Origin: Adineta vaga
Lineage: Eukaryota > Animalia > Rotifera
Length of the DNA: 64,000 nucleotides
Direction of reading: 5' to 3'
Assembly: GCA_021613535.1 (NCBI GenBank)
Contig: CP075492.1
Location: forward strand, 5,146,001 to 5,210,000
Numbering within the stretch: position 1 is the stretch's first letter; each line of letters starts with the position of its first letter. The notes under the pieces are model-generated. The model did not search any database and was not told the DNA's origin. It worked only from the letters and a program-made list of their open reading frames with translations. Made by a program: the position numbers and the translations under genes. Below are positions 12,640 through 25,710 of the stretch, in pieces.

Positions 12640-13420
12640 CATTCAGCAGGAAGGACATTATTTTGATATTGACCTCGATAATTTCCTGTGGGAAAATAAT
12701 GAGCAACAACATATACTGCTTTACCATCATCAATCAATGCAATTCTGATACCAATTCTGTTGGTATTTTTCCAAACGACCTGAGTAACATGACCAATGGC
12801 TTTTGAAAATCCAGGATAGTTAAAGTCATATTCTTCGATTTCATTATATCAATGATCCGTAGCTGCACCACCTACAAGCATGTAGAACAATGACGTATCG
12901 TAACATAAGAGTTGATTTGATTTACCTTTGATTGTTTTTATCTTTGCTGAACTTCTTATTCTCCAAAGATTTTCTCTCACATTTGGTATATCACTATGTT
13001 CAAATGAGTTTTCTCGAGCTATTTTCGTTGCATATTCTTGAGCTGAATGACTTAATGCACTATCAAGTCGATAAGACTAGGTACACAATGTCGTTCTCGA
13101 TATGTATTATGTGACTCTAGCGTAAAGCGTTGATATGTATCTTGAAGTTTTGTAACACTTCTTCGAAATCTATTCTGCGATAAGTCAGAAACAGAAAAGA
13201 AATCTTCACCCATGAGTTGATCATTATCTAAGACAATTAACACGTTTTAAATGAGGTATCAAAATCGAAAGTTACATTGCCTAAATATCTGGTTTGAAAT
13301 ACGGTTGAGGATTAGTACTATTTTCTACGAATTTACTATTTGTGGTTACCACATATAGATGAAAAAGATACTCAGTAAGAAGATTGCCAATTGTTTGGAT
13401 ATTGTGTATTGATTGTTTTA
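12640..13420 (-). pseudogene. Tandem CAP paralog, disrupted
   Basis: RFRRS...HNTYRERHC, plus remnants of the YDFNYPGFS and GH..QVVW motifs, with frameshifts and stops. Confidence 0.75.
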
Positions 13421-13973
13421 AGTATCGCGAGTAACTGAATGTACTTATATAGTCTTCTTTTCTTTATTACATGAGTTATGAATCAATGTCAAGTAGATAG
13501 AAATGTTGGGCTTGGGAGAAAACTACTCACTGTATAAGTGGTTTGAGTTTCTTCTTTTCCCACGTTCTATCTATTTGCATATAATGTACTTACCATATTC
13601 TGTATCTTGTGGGTCAACTTTTTCTTTATATATACTACTTACTAATACAAAAATAACGAGAATGAATATCTCTTATCGATCCTCATGCTGGAAAATGTCT
13701 TATAATTCATTATTGTAATTCATCCATTCGAAATGAGTTATAAAATATAATCGAAAGAGTTGCATTCTCTTTATCACTTAAAGAGTTATAAATATATTTT
13801 CATATCTTAAAAATCATGTAACTTTTTTTAAAGATATTATTAAAAATTAATGATAAAAGCATATAGTACCTATCGAAAAGAATTTTCCGCTTAATAATTT
13901 GAAGAAAAACAAGAAAAAAATATTTCTTCAACATAATCTCGTTAATCTATGAATATGAAAGATACATCATAAA

Positions 13974-14927
13974 ATGTCGAATTCATCGAGTGAAGCTGAA
14001 CGTTTATCTCTCATTGCAAATTATGTTTTAAGTATAGGTGGTTTACCTATTTTCATTTGTGGTATCATTGGAAATTCCCTGAATTTTATAATATTTTTAA
14101 ATCGTTCTCAATTGAATAAAATACCAACATCCATCTTTCTCCTAACATCATATTCTGGAAGTTTTATGACATTGATAACTGGTCTATTACCACAATTAGT
14201 TTATCGATTAACACGAATTAATCCGCTTGTTAATTATTTAACTTTGTGCAAATTACGATGGTTTCTTGGCGTTGGCACAGCAACTATTGCCATACATTCA
14301 TTATGTTTTGCTGCTTTTCAACAGTATTTAGTAACAACAAATTCTATTCGATGCCATCAATTCATAACAAGACGACGAGCAATAATTCTTTGTATATTTA
14401 TTTACTTTTATTGTGCAATATCAGTGAGTCCAAATCTATTTTATTATACACATGTAAAAAATGCAATTAATCAAACAACGTGTGATGTAACTAATCCAAT
14501 TGTTTCTTCATATAATGCTTATAATGCTTTAATCTTTTACACGTTGATTCCAATGTCTATTTTATCCTTATTTTCCATATTGATATTAAGAAATATTCGA
14601 AAATGTTTAATTCGACGTCCATCATTAGAACAAAGTGTAACAAGTATGTTATTGGCACAAATTATTATTGTTCTTATTGCCACAGTTGCTTTTTGTATTC
14701 GAAGAATTTATATTTTTTATACGACAGATTTACGAAAAGATTCTATTCGTATTGCTCAAGATGATATTATTACAAATGTTTCAACATTATTTGGTTTTAG
14801 TATACATGGTTTTACATTTTTTATCTATCTAATTATATCAAATGCTTTTAGGAACAATATCTTTAGTTTATTTTTCCCAAGAAGACATCGTATTGCAATA
14901 CATATTCCTGCACGGGCTATTACTTGA
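13974..14927 (+). CDS. Class A (rhodopsin-like) orphan GPCR, intronless
   Basis: Seven hydrophobic segments, TM1 GIIGN, TM3 LCKLR, ECL2 Cys, TM7 FFIY..S..FR. Confidence 0.8.
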   Translation: MSNSSSEAERLSLIANYVLSIGGLPIFICGIIGNSLNFIIFLNRSQLNKIPTSIFLLTSYSGSFMTLITGLLPQLVYRLTRINPLVNYLTLCKLRWFLGVGTATIAIHSLCFAAFQQYLVTTNSIRCHQFITRRRAIILCIFIYFYCAISVSPNLFYYTHVKNAINQTTCDVTNPIVSSYNAYNALIFYTLIPMSILSLFSILILRNIRKCLIRRPSLEQSVTSMLLAQIIIVLIATVAFCIRRIYIFYTTDLRKDSIRIAQDDIITNVSTLFGFSIHGFTFFIYLIISNAFRNNIFSLFFPRRHRIAIHIPARAIT

Positions 14928-15025
14928 AAATACAGCGATAACACGAACGTGACGTTTCTTTTTTGCTTTGCCTTGCATACTTCAATATCTTCGTTAAATA
15001 GAATCTCTATTTATTATAAATTTTA

Positions 15026-16944
15026 TCATTTCAAAGATCTCATAGAACAATTATTTAAAAAAATCTCCAAAATTTTATAAGACAGTGATGTAACAGCAAT
15101 ATCCATTCGTCCATCTCTATCAAAATCTACAATACCAACTGCGACAAGTCCAACTGTAGTGTTCATCCTTATCTCTGTTTGAAAGACACCATTTCCATAT
15201 CCTAATAATATGCTTACAAAATTGTTCATATAGTTAGGAATGATTATATCCATATACGCATCTTGATTTAGATCTACAACAGTAACGCTTTGTGCTCCAG
15301 TACTAACTGTATAGATTGCTTGAACTTGAAACGTTCCGTTACCACGATTAAGTAACAAATATATTGTATTATTATATCTGTTAACACTGACTATATCCAT
15401 GTATGTATCACTGTTAAAATTTCCAGTAGTAATAAAATTCTCACTAGCTCCTACTGAATAACGATCGCCTGAAAGCGGAATTTCATCACCTCGACCAAAA
15501 TATACAAATACTGAGTCACTATAAACACTTGTAATTGCTATATCTAAGAAGTTATCTCCATTAAAATCGACAATAATCACCGATAATAAATTTGATGGTG
15601 TACTCAAATACCTCTGTGCACGAAAACTTCCATTACCATATCCAAACAACACACTAAGATAGCTTGAATCTAAATTAGCAACAGCAAGATCTTGAAAAGT
15701 ATCTCCATTTAAATCACCCACATCAATCCAAGTTGGAGATTCACCGACTGTTATATATGATTGAGTTCGGAAACTTCCATTATTAAATCCAAGTAATATT
15801 CCTAAACGATTTTCTTCACTAATAGCAACGATAATATCATTAAAATGGTCACCATTGATATCTGCTACGAGGACATAACGAGGATATACACCAACTGATA
15901 TTATGATTTGTGATTGAAATCTTCCATTAGCATACCCAAAATAAAGTCCAATTGAATTGTCATAATAATTAGCAACGACAAGATCGATAATATCATCTCC
16001 ATTTAAATCACCTTTAGCAATTGACATAGGAAGTACTCTAGTACTATAGGAAGAAGGTGAAGTAAATGACAATTGTTCACATGTTTGATCTTAAAATGAA
16101 AATTAGAGAACAAGTTCATAGAAACTAGGATACTTTTTCTCCTATCTAGTATTTTTGATTATAATATACTCACATATTGGAAAAGTTGAAGGATTTGCGA
16201 CAGAACTGCTGCTGATTGTCACACTTGATGAATTTACTGTGAATATACCGAAAAATTAATGTTCAAATAGAAAATATTGAACGAGAAAAAAGGTCGAAAA
16301 TAAAAATGTCAATTAGGGGTCTAGAGTATGGTTTCAATTTAATATCCGTGTCGAATAACTGGATAACACTCATTTCTTTTAACCACTATAATTTTGTTCA
16401 ATAAGATGCGACGAACATTTCATGCTTTCAGATAATAACAATTTCTACTAATTCGAATTTTTTGGATGCATTCTTTTTCTCGTTCGATATTTATTTTTTC
16501 GACGTTTTCAACACATACTATTTGATGTAATAGTTGTTGCCAAACTTGTTCTTGTATTTATTGGCAGTATCTCTATGAAAACATCGTTCATGAAAATGAT
16601 ATAATTTATTAAATATATTGCGGGTAAGAGTAGAAAATAAGTTCATACTCTTATAAGACTTTTTCATACATACCATCTGTATCATCTGTTAACATCGGTA
16701 GTGGTGTACTCTCATTAGATTTTTTCAAAAGCAATGGTAGATAAATAGTTACAGCAACACCACACATGCCAAGAAAACATATCAAAATAATCAAAGCTTT
16801 TTTCTTTGTTAAAACAAATCGTCTATGAAAATCGGAATTGACAATAGACATCAATGATGCATGAAATTGTACATACTCATTTACGATTACTCTTGCAATT
16901 GATACTGATGAAGGATAAACACCTATTCTGTTATTAATTCTCAT
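15026..16944 (-). CDS. Type II membrane protein with S/T linker and FG-GAP/VCBS beta-propeller (4 exons)
   Basis: TM ALIILICFLGMCGVAVTIYLPLLL. Repeated D(L/F/I)NGD..D(L/I) and G.GNG.F motifs. Exons ~16944-16674, 16572-16520, 16236-16174, 16089-15026. Confidence 0.8.
16272..16492. mobile_element. MITE/foldback-like insertion in an intron of the FG-GAP gene
   Basis: Imperfect inverted repeats AATATTGAACGAGAAAAAAG and CTTTTTCTCGTTCGATATT. This intron is much longer than the local norm. Confidence 0.45.
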
Positions 16945-19104
16945 GATTGAAATCTTATATAAATAGAAATGTAAATTAATGTGTCGTTTTATATTTTCTC
17001 ATATTGTATAAAACTATAAACTATCATATGATATATATTAGTTTTTCAACAACTCGTCCAGTCCTTTTCTTTTCAATTATTTTACGGAAGCATATTTTTC
17101 TTAATTTCCCCAACAACGACAGAAACAACATCAGCTAATGAATATTTTTTGCCAAAATATGCGTCAAATATTCAGACGAAAAACGTTTTATCAAGAAAAG
17201 AAGCATGACTTTTTCCATTATAAAACTATTTATAGCAAGACGATGGATTGTTGGTAATAGTTTTAATAGAATAACTTTCGTTCATATTACTAATGTTTTT
17301 AATAACAATATCCTTTTTTTCTAGTGAGTACTGTGACGTCAGTTACTTTAGTTTAATTGCTGCAAATATCAGGCACAGGGAACGAAGCATAAGCACATCT
17401 ATGATTTTATGTACAAAAAACGATCATTCCTTTGTTTTGATATTCTTCTGTTCAGTGTTTGATCAAAGGTTGTTGTATTCAACTTGCATGCACAACTTCA
17501 TCACAATTTTCCAAGTTAATTATTGTGAATAATTAATGTTTCTTTGCTCATTTTAGTCAAAATGAGCAAAGAAATAGACAAGCGATAGATCAGTGAGAGA
17601 AAGTGTCTTGCAGTTAGCCTGAATGGTGCAGTTGTTGATGCAGGTCTACTCCTGGTTGCTGTTCGATAATGTGTTCGAAAACTGGACAAGGGACAGTCAC
17701 GTGAACCCATCGTCACATGATTAAAGTGTTAACAAATCACATAGAAGGTGGCAACACTAACAGAGAGAACGTAAGGACGATAGACTTTCTGATTACTTGC
17801 ACGAATATCATCTAATTCAAATTTCGATTTCAATACTTCCTTCGAGTTCGTATTATCATGAACGAATCATGGGCATTACACGTCAATCAAAACATAATTT
17901 TGATTATTTTCTCCAAATCTAACAACTCTATTCTCTTGTCATCTATGCAATGAGTTACTGAAAGTTTAAGGCACCTAAGGTTTACTTCTGCTATAATCTT
18001 TTTCAGGAAAACCAATCTTTAATTGTATAGAAGATTAATTTTTGATTCTTGTATCGAGTCAACACTTCACAATATCTTTTGAAATGCATAATCTTTGACG
18101 TGTGATTTAAATTAATGTCTTGTGATTAAATCCTATAGAACATTATTTTATATATTAACTTATGATAACTCTAACGTTATATCTAAGAACTATTTTCGAT
18201 CAAAAGTATCATTAAAAATGACTAAATCCTCGAATAATCATTTTGTCTATATTTTCTTGGTTATTTGTTTCGACAAGCGACATTGCTTTGCTTTTCTTCG
18301 TACTTTACTTTGTATCAATGGACGTTGACCGCGTGGTGGGTTAAAGAAAAACAATGAAAAAGAAAAGGAAGAAAATCTTCTTCGTATATATCCATCTTAT
18401 GATCTCTTTCTGAGATTGTGAGAATGTCAAGGCGAGTTAATATCATTGAATTTGATAAGAACGTTTTGAAAAAGATAAAGAGAAAAGGAGAAAAAAATCT
18501 GAATTGATAGAGAGACTCAGAACCTAGAGAAAAGAAAGGAAGGTTATATAAGGTGGTTCATTTTTTTTTCTTTTGTAATAGTTGGTTTTGATATTATTAA
18601 AATAAAAGATTGCATTTTGCAGTTGTACGACCATTGTACAATTTCGAATTAACCAACATCGAAATGATAATGTATAACATTATGATTTGCATAAGATCAT
18701 GTTACACTTGAAAATAGTGGATCATATTGATTCAAACAATCATATATTGAAGAATATTATCATAACTTTTGTAAAGATGATAAACAAGACTTACATTTAT
18801 TTTTCAACATAAACTTCCTATTATTCTTCTCTATAATGAGAAATATAACATTAAAAATAAACAAAGACTCGTTTTAAATCACGTCGTGATAATGTGTCAG
18901 GATAGCTCGTAAAGTAAAGTCACATTGATGTATTGAAATGAGGAAAAAAGCATGATGACTGTGACATGATCGTCTTCTATGTTTTGTCTTGCAAGGATAT
19001 TTGATTCATATAGGACTAAGTCTCTTTTAATATTGATTTTTGATTTTTTAGTTTGAAATTTTTCAAAAGATATCGCTCTAAAAAGTTCTATAATTTTCTA
19101 ACGA

Positions 19105-20070
19105 TCAATCGTAATCACGATCTATTTCTTTCTTGATATACCATATATTTTTTATCACATTTGGTTTAACACCAACACTATCAGCAAATCGAAGTAGATC
19201 ACACTGAACGGCTATCCATTTCCAATCATCTCCGACAAGAATACCACCAGGCTGTAATAATTCCCAATACAATTCTAATTCAACTAATGTTTCACCTTGT
19301 AAATGTGCACTATCCAAAAAGATTATTTGTGGAAATAATTTATATCGAAGTAAAATTTGTGCACCAACTAATGATGGTGTAGATAAAGGCAGAACAGTAT
19401 TAGTCAATTCTGCTTCAATCATATTTGCAAGAAATTGTTCATAAATCGTCGGTCGTCCGAACTCTATACCAATCAAAGGTCGTTCTTGAATCCAATGTTC
19501 AACACTACCTAACCATGTATCAATACATAATAATACAGTTTTGTCAGCCCATGCTGGATTATTTTGAATGACACGTCCAATATTAGATGATGATTTACCA
19601 ATAAAGCTACCAATTTCAACAACTAAATGGAGAGGAATACTAAGTTCTTGTGCTATTGATTTGAACACTAGTCGTGTCATTGATGTATACGGGTAAGATC
19701 TATTAAAATGCTTTTTATGATAATTAGGCCATGATTTATAAATATTTTTTGTATTTGAACCGTAAAGTAATGAATGTAATTGATTAAATGATATTGAATA
19801 GATCGGACGACGAGCAATCCATTGTGGATTTTTTAGAATTTGAAAATATTCTTGAAAAAGATCTTTCGCTTTCATATGTGGATCATATGGAAGACAACCT
19901 TTATGTTGTTTAAGTAATGGTCTTTTCATAGGAATAAAAACATTTTCACTTGACCTTTTTGGTGATAAACAAGGTACTGTTGTTCGTGATGTATTCATAT
20001 TGAAGATGATATAAAAAACAACACCGGCAACACACATCCATACTGGTATTTTGTATGATAACAAATTCAT
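19105..20070 (-). CDS. Class I SAM-dependent methyltransferase (Methyltransf_24-like) with N-terminal membrane anchor, intronless
   Basis: VVEIGSFIGKS, CIDTWLG, IFLDSAH, LQPGGILVGDDW. Hydrophobic N-terminal segment. Confidence 0.85.
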   Translation of the reverse strand: MNLLSYKIPVWMCVAGVVFYIIFNMNTSRTTVPCLSPKRSSENVFIPMKRPLLKQHKGCLPYDPHMKAKDLFQEYFQILKNPQWIARRPIYSISFNQLHSLLYGSNTKNIYKSWPNYHKKHFNRSYPYTSMTRLVFKSIAQELSIPLHLVVEIGSFIGKSSSNIGRVIQNNPAWADKTVLLCIDTWLGSVEHWIQERPLIGIEFGRPTIYEQFLANMIEAELTNTVLPLSTPSLVGAQILLRYKLFPQIIFLDSAHLQGETLVELELYWELLQPGGILVGDDWKWIAVQCDLLRFADSVGVKPNVIKNIWYIKKEIDRDYD

Positions 20071-21108
20071 TAAATTTTCAACGTATATTTACTATATAAA
20101 GATAACTTTTATCGATGGATGTTAAATAGAAAAATGCTTCCCAATGATTGTTTGGTTTGTAGAAATGATTCGATATAGACATATAGCCAACGAGAGAAAA
20201 AACAAGGACAACATTTGTGTTTATAAAAATCTAGTATGAAATCAGTCATGTATAACATATAATTATACAGGATATAATTTCTATAAATTGAGTCATTCTA
20301 TGTGTATATAAATGTAAATAATATCGACGATTTTACTATTTGAGTGCCATGATAATTGTACTTGGAGACAACGAATGAAGAAATTGTGTTATTTTATTTA
20401 TGTTCATACTATAATGAACTGTTTTCTTTTTCCTGTATTTTAACGTTCTTCATAAGTGTAAATATACGTATATTTTTGGTTCACTGCTTCTCTTTATGCT
20501 TCGTAATCCAAAGTAATCATGGAAATGAGTTTACCACACTCGTCAATATCGAATTAGTCGCACCAATGTAGATCATACGGTGTTATTGAAGCGGAAGTAA
20601 CTATCAGTGAGAATTCAAAGATCTTCATTTACAACTGGTTGATAACAGTGATCTTTCACTCAATCAGAGCTTGTCTCATATGTATAGTATTGTAAAGAGA
20701 ATGAATTAATTGGAACATCACAAATACATATATTTCATGTACTACTCGGTTATTCATCTTCTTTCTTGGTTTTATATTATTGAATTATGGGAAGAAATTA
20801 GTATTCTGTTTGCAATGCATACTATAACTAATCTCAACATTGCGAGACGATTGTGTGTTTTTTACTTATATTCACTACGCAAAAAAATGTAAGAGATTCA
20901 TTTCAAACATTGCTCAAATGCTATATACAACATCGGAAAGACACATTGAAAAATGATCAGGGTCAGTATTGACAAAACTTTATAGAAAAATACTGTTCTT
21001 TCCAAAATCTAATATATTGATGCATACAGAGGATATTTCACGTATGTTTGTGCTCATTAATTCATTTCAGCTTGTCTATGTTGGCATATAAAATCATTCA
21101 CAGAAGAT

Positions 21109-22261
21109 ATGTCTTCCACAAAATCAACAGGTCTGGATAAAGTTACGCCACTACTAGTAAATGAATGGATTGTTGTTGAAGGTGATCCTTCGCTTTATGC
21201 ATCGTTCAATCATGAAAGTTTATGGCGATGTGGGACTAATGATGAATTTCAGCGATTATGTCATGGGATTCGACAACAATATATCAATGAGAATGGTCCT
21301 TTAGCTAACGTCAAACTTATCGACGCAATCCGTTTGTATTTCGACAGAGCACTTCAAAATAATGATCCAGAAGAGGTTGTCCGCGCTTATACAGCACAAA
21401 CGGGCTTCTATACACGACTGAATGAAGATCTTTCTCAAATGCCGACACACTGGTCAGGAACGAAACATGAACGAAGTATTGTTTCGATACTTTTATTTCA
21501 TCCTGAACTCCAACAATACAAGTATACAGGCGAAACACATCGTGGAATGATCATGTCATCGGATGTAGGTACTATATTTATGAACAAGTCTTTATTGAGC
21601 TCGTCAGAAGAATCAGAAAAAGCTCAAAGCTTTATGAAAGATCCTAAATCCTTTGTGAAACATGCGGTTATCTGCACGTATCGAATACAAAATGATAGTA
21701 CAGCTCTAAATATTGAAAGTCTTTCGATCTTTGAAGAAGAGAAAGAAGTTCTCATACTACCTTGTGTAACATTCAAAGTGAAAAGTATTAGAAAATCAAT
21801 TCGAAAGAACAGTGACGTCATCAAAAATCGATATGGAAGAAGGAGAAGAGCAAGATGGATGGAATGTAAAAATTTCGCGCCAAACACCACCTAAACATGG
21901 TGTATTGATAAAACAGATAAGTAGTAATAACACTAATAATGATGCTTGTTTTGGGAAAATGTTCAACGATGCGGAAGAAACAGGTAAAATTGACCCAGCT
22001 GATCTTGCTAAATGGAAGCAAAACGTTTCCGGAATCAATTCTTCTCGAGATAGTTATGAAAAGATATGGAATGATGCAAAGAACGGTAAATTTGATAGAC
22101 AAGATTTGGGAAATTGGAAGAAAGACAATAGTAGTGCTTCAAATGCCGGCGATCTTAATGATTTTGATGTGAAAAGTATTGATGATGGAAATAAGTCGTC
22201 TATTTTCACAGCATCTAATCAGCAATGTTATGCGGCATCAAACAAACCTGGCTCACATTAA
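21109..22261 (+). pseudogene. ADP-ribosyltransferase paralog without ankyrins, with +1 frameshift at 21823-21827
   Basis: THRG, LLSSS, EEEKEVLILP. ORFs 21109-21894 and 21812-22261 join into a full homolog of the 23190 gene if one A is removed from the A5 run. Confidence 0.75.
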
Positions 22262-23189
22262 TTATTTGAAATAAAAAAATTTTCAGCAAAGGATTTGATG
22301 ACGATTAAAGTATCAAGAAACAATAACAAACTTTTCTCAAAATGTTAATTTTTTATGACTTATTTGGCGTAGAAATGTGTGAGCGAATTGCTCTTTTATT
22401 CGTGTATTACATGATTAAGCTCAAACTTGTGATATTCAAAGTAAAATTACGGTCATTCATATAGAGATGTGTTCATTTAAGAACGAGAGAAAATGATTGA
22501 ATATTGAGATATAATCTTCTATTCGACTGTCTTTACTTTTTGAATAGCAACTTGTACAAAATATACAAAATTCCTTTTTCCGTCGGCGCAGAATCATTTG
22601 AAAATCGTGCTTTTTAATTACTTTTTATCGAAGAGTTTTGAAAAAGAATGTTAACACTTGAGACTAGATTGTGTATTTTGTATGGAATCTGCAGAAAAAC
22701 AACGTACACATTCTCTTCGAGTATTACACATCTACCACTCATTCCATTCACCGAAAAAAGTCGTTGCAAAAAAGCAAAGGTAAATATTATCTCGATGTTG
22801 TTTCTGTCTCCTACTTTTCGAGAATGTTGATAAATGCATCACAACGATATAAGTATCACATTCATGCTGGTAACCTCATATCATTTTTTCCATTATTGAC
22901 ACAGAAGTGTCTTCGCAACTATATTTGAATTGTTGTAATAACATAAATCCGCATTTACTTTTGAGGATAGAGATTCGCATCCATGACAACGACTATAGAG
23001 TTCATTAGAATTTTCCAATTCATTTATTATCGAAACATGCCTCTCATAGTACGAAACTGATTGTTGGTTTACGAGTGTTTTTTGTCATACCGACATAAAA
23101 TGAACCTTTTTTATATTCTCATATAGGTATTGAATGTATTCGTATATTTTAGTTTGTCTATTTCGCCACATAGCATTGTCGACGCAAAC

Positions 23190-24734
23190 ATGTCTTCAAC
23201 AACAAAATCGAAGTCAGTTCACACCGTGAAGCCAGCGGTGCAACTTAGTAAATTCTATATGGCTTGTCGCAACAATGATATCGACACAGTCACTCAAATG
23301 TTACCATCCTTAACACTCGATGATATTGATCAAATGGAACCTAACGGTTCCACAGCTCTACATGCTGCAACTTATTATGGACACAAAGAAATAGTCAAAA
23401 TGCTTTTAGCAAAAGGTGCTCAGCGTACAATCAAAAATCGATATGATAGTACACCATTTGATGAAGCACAAACGGATGACATCAAAAAACTCTTTCGCCG
23501 TTCTGACAGCACTGGATCACCAACCAAAGATCGATTCGTAGGTAAGAACGGCTCATCCTTTGAATGGATCTTTGTCAAACATGATCCAGCAAGTTATGCA
23601 TCGTTCAATCGTGAGAGTCTCATGAAATGTCGAAATGATGAAGAATTTCAGCGATTATGTCATGGAATTCGACAACAATATATCAATGAGAATGGTCCTT
23701 TAGCTAACGTCAAACTTATCGACGCAATCCGTTTGTATTTCGACAAAGCACTTCGAAATAATGATCCAGAAGAGGTTGTCCGTGCTTATACAGCAGAAAC
23801 GGGCTTCTATACACGACTGAATGAAGATCTTTCTCAAATGCCAACACACTGGTCAGGAACGAAACATGAACGAAGTATTGTTTCGATACTTTTATTTCAT
23901 CCTGAACTGCAACAATACAAGTATACAGGCGAAACACATCGTGGAATGATCATGTCATCGGAAGATCTGAAAGAGTATGTTGTTGGTACCGTATTCATGA
24001 ATAAGACATTTCTGAGTACATCGAAAGACCCTAAGAAAACTGAAACGTTTATTGCATGTGCTCAGTCAGCGAAAAAATTAAAAGTCATTTGCAAGTATTC
24101 GATCAAACACAAAGAAACAGCGTTGGATATTGAAACGCTTTCGGAATTTGGACACGAGAAAGAAGTTCTCATACTACCATATGCTACATTCAAGGTGAAC
24201 GATATTCGAAAATCCACTGGAAAGAATAATGACATCACCGAAATCGATGTGGAAGAGATTGACGAGCAGGTGAAATGGACAAAGAAAAGCTCGTATCAAT
24301 CTTCACATAGTCATGTTGCATCGAAGACAAAAACAAATGCAAACAAAAATGCTGCTACGGGTGATGATGATGATAGTTACGATAAAATGTTCAAAGATGC
24401 ACAAGAAAAAAGTCACATTGATCCAGCTGATCTGGCTCAATGGGGAAAGAGTAGTTTTGGCACTGATTCTGGTGCAGATACATATGCAAAGATATGGAAT
24501 GATGCCAAGAAAGGGAAATTTAGTAAGAGTGATGTGGCAAAATGGAAGAAAGAAAGTGGTGCTGTTGGAAATGGGGATGATTCTGATTTAGATAGTTATG
24601 ATGGTGACAATGATCCATCTGTCTTTACCGCCTCGAATGAGCAAAGTTATGCAACGTCGAAGAAATTCAGTTCAAATAAACCATTTGACATGAAAAAGTT
24701 GATGTCGCAGATCGACGACGATAGTGATGATTAG
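23190..24734 (+). CDS. Ankyrin-repeat ADP-ribosyltransferase (R-S-ExE) with acidic repeat tail
   Basis: Ankyrin GSTALHAATYYGHKEIVKMLL. ART motifs THRG, FLSTS, EKEVLILP. First ATG at 23190. Confidence 0.88.
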   Translation: MSSTTKSKSVHTVKPAVQLSKFYMACRNNDIDTVTQMLPSLTLDDIDQMEPNGSTALHAATYYGHKEIVKMLLAKGAQRTIKNRYDSTPFDEAQTDDIKKLFRRSDSTGSPTKDRFVGKNGSSFEWIFVKHDPASYASFNRESLMKCRNDEEFQRLCHGIRQQYINENGPLANVKLIDAIRLYFDKALRNNDPEEVVRAYTAETGFYTRLNEDLSQMPTHWSGTKHERSIVSILLFHPELQQYKYTGETHRGMIMSSEDLKEYVVGTVFMNKTFLSTSKDPKKTETFIACAQSAKKLKVICKYSIKHKETALDIETLSEFGHEKEVLILPYATFKVNDIRKSTGKNNDITEIDVEEIDEQVKWTKKSSYQSSHSHVASKTKTNANKNAATGDDDDSYDKMFKDAQEKSHIDPADLAQWGKSSFGTDSGADTYAKIWNDAKKGKFSKSDVAKWKKESGAVGNGDDSDLDSYDGDNDPSVFTASNEQSYATSKKFSSNKPFDMKKLMSQIDDDSDD

Positions 24735-25379
24735 AGTAGCACAATACTAAAATAAACTTCTCTGTAAAAACATTCATTTTTTTATAATACGTATCTTGGA
24801 TTAGACAAGACAATGACTTTTATTTTAAAAAATTCTTATAGATTGTTCATGAAATTATCAGCGTGTTACTAGTCACAAGAAAATTAAGCCAAATTAAATA
24901 ATAAAAGTTTTTTTGGATGCACTATGTTCACAAACTTGTTTTCCTCGAACAACAATTTCATGCAATGTATAAAATTCAACAAATGAATATCCTAATACCA
25001 CGAAGTATAAATTTTAAGGAAATGGGCAACATCCAGTATAATTGGCACATATTCTTTCACATTCAATAAGACATACTACAAGAAATAGCAACATTTTAAT
25101 GTTTAATAGAGTTCATGACATTCACTCTAACGTAAGTTTCTTGCAATAAAGTAACGATTAAATAACTCATTTTGAAGAATGACTGATCGCAACGGAAAAT
25201 GATTACATGGGTGTTTAATATAATCCTATATGTGTGTAGTAACCATGATATAAACAGATGACATATGATCTACGCTTGAAAGGAAGAATGATAAACATAT
25301 AAAAATGAGCTTCAGAAAATAATGCGCATATATAGACTGGATGAATACGAACATTATATGAATAAGTAGTAATGTTCAG

Positions 25380-25710
25380 ATTTTATTAATAATGAAGTAT
25401 ATGACAGAACAAAGGTATCCCAGTCTTCAATAGCGTGACTGTATTCGAAGGCTCTGCTTTGAATTTTATTGTAAGATCGTCCATCGTTCTTAGGATAACT
25501 TTCATCTTTTAAAATATAACGAGTGAATAACTAATTCAAGACTGATATTATCTACGTATAGATTATATATAGACAATTTGGAAAGAGTACTGCTTTCTTT
25601 ATATCTTACGTGTTTGTTGGCAATTTCCTTTATTGACATTTATTTTCATACGCATTTTAGAATCGTGTTGTTGATATTTGACGGCACGTGGAATGAAAAT
25701 ATTTACAGAA
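25380..25710 (-). pseudogene. Ubiquitin-like domain gene remnant (copy 1)
   Basis: ILRTMDDLTIKFKAEPSNTVTLLK. Nucleotide similarity to 26255-26640. Confidence 0.45.

Noticed and set aside
17516-17860. Slightly GC-richer segment with short ORFs
   Set aside because: No recognisable domain in any frame I translated.
21317-23937. Near-identical antisense ORFs 21317-21538 and 23716-23937
   Set aside because: Shadows of the near-identical ART tract.
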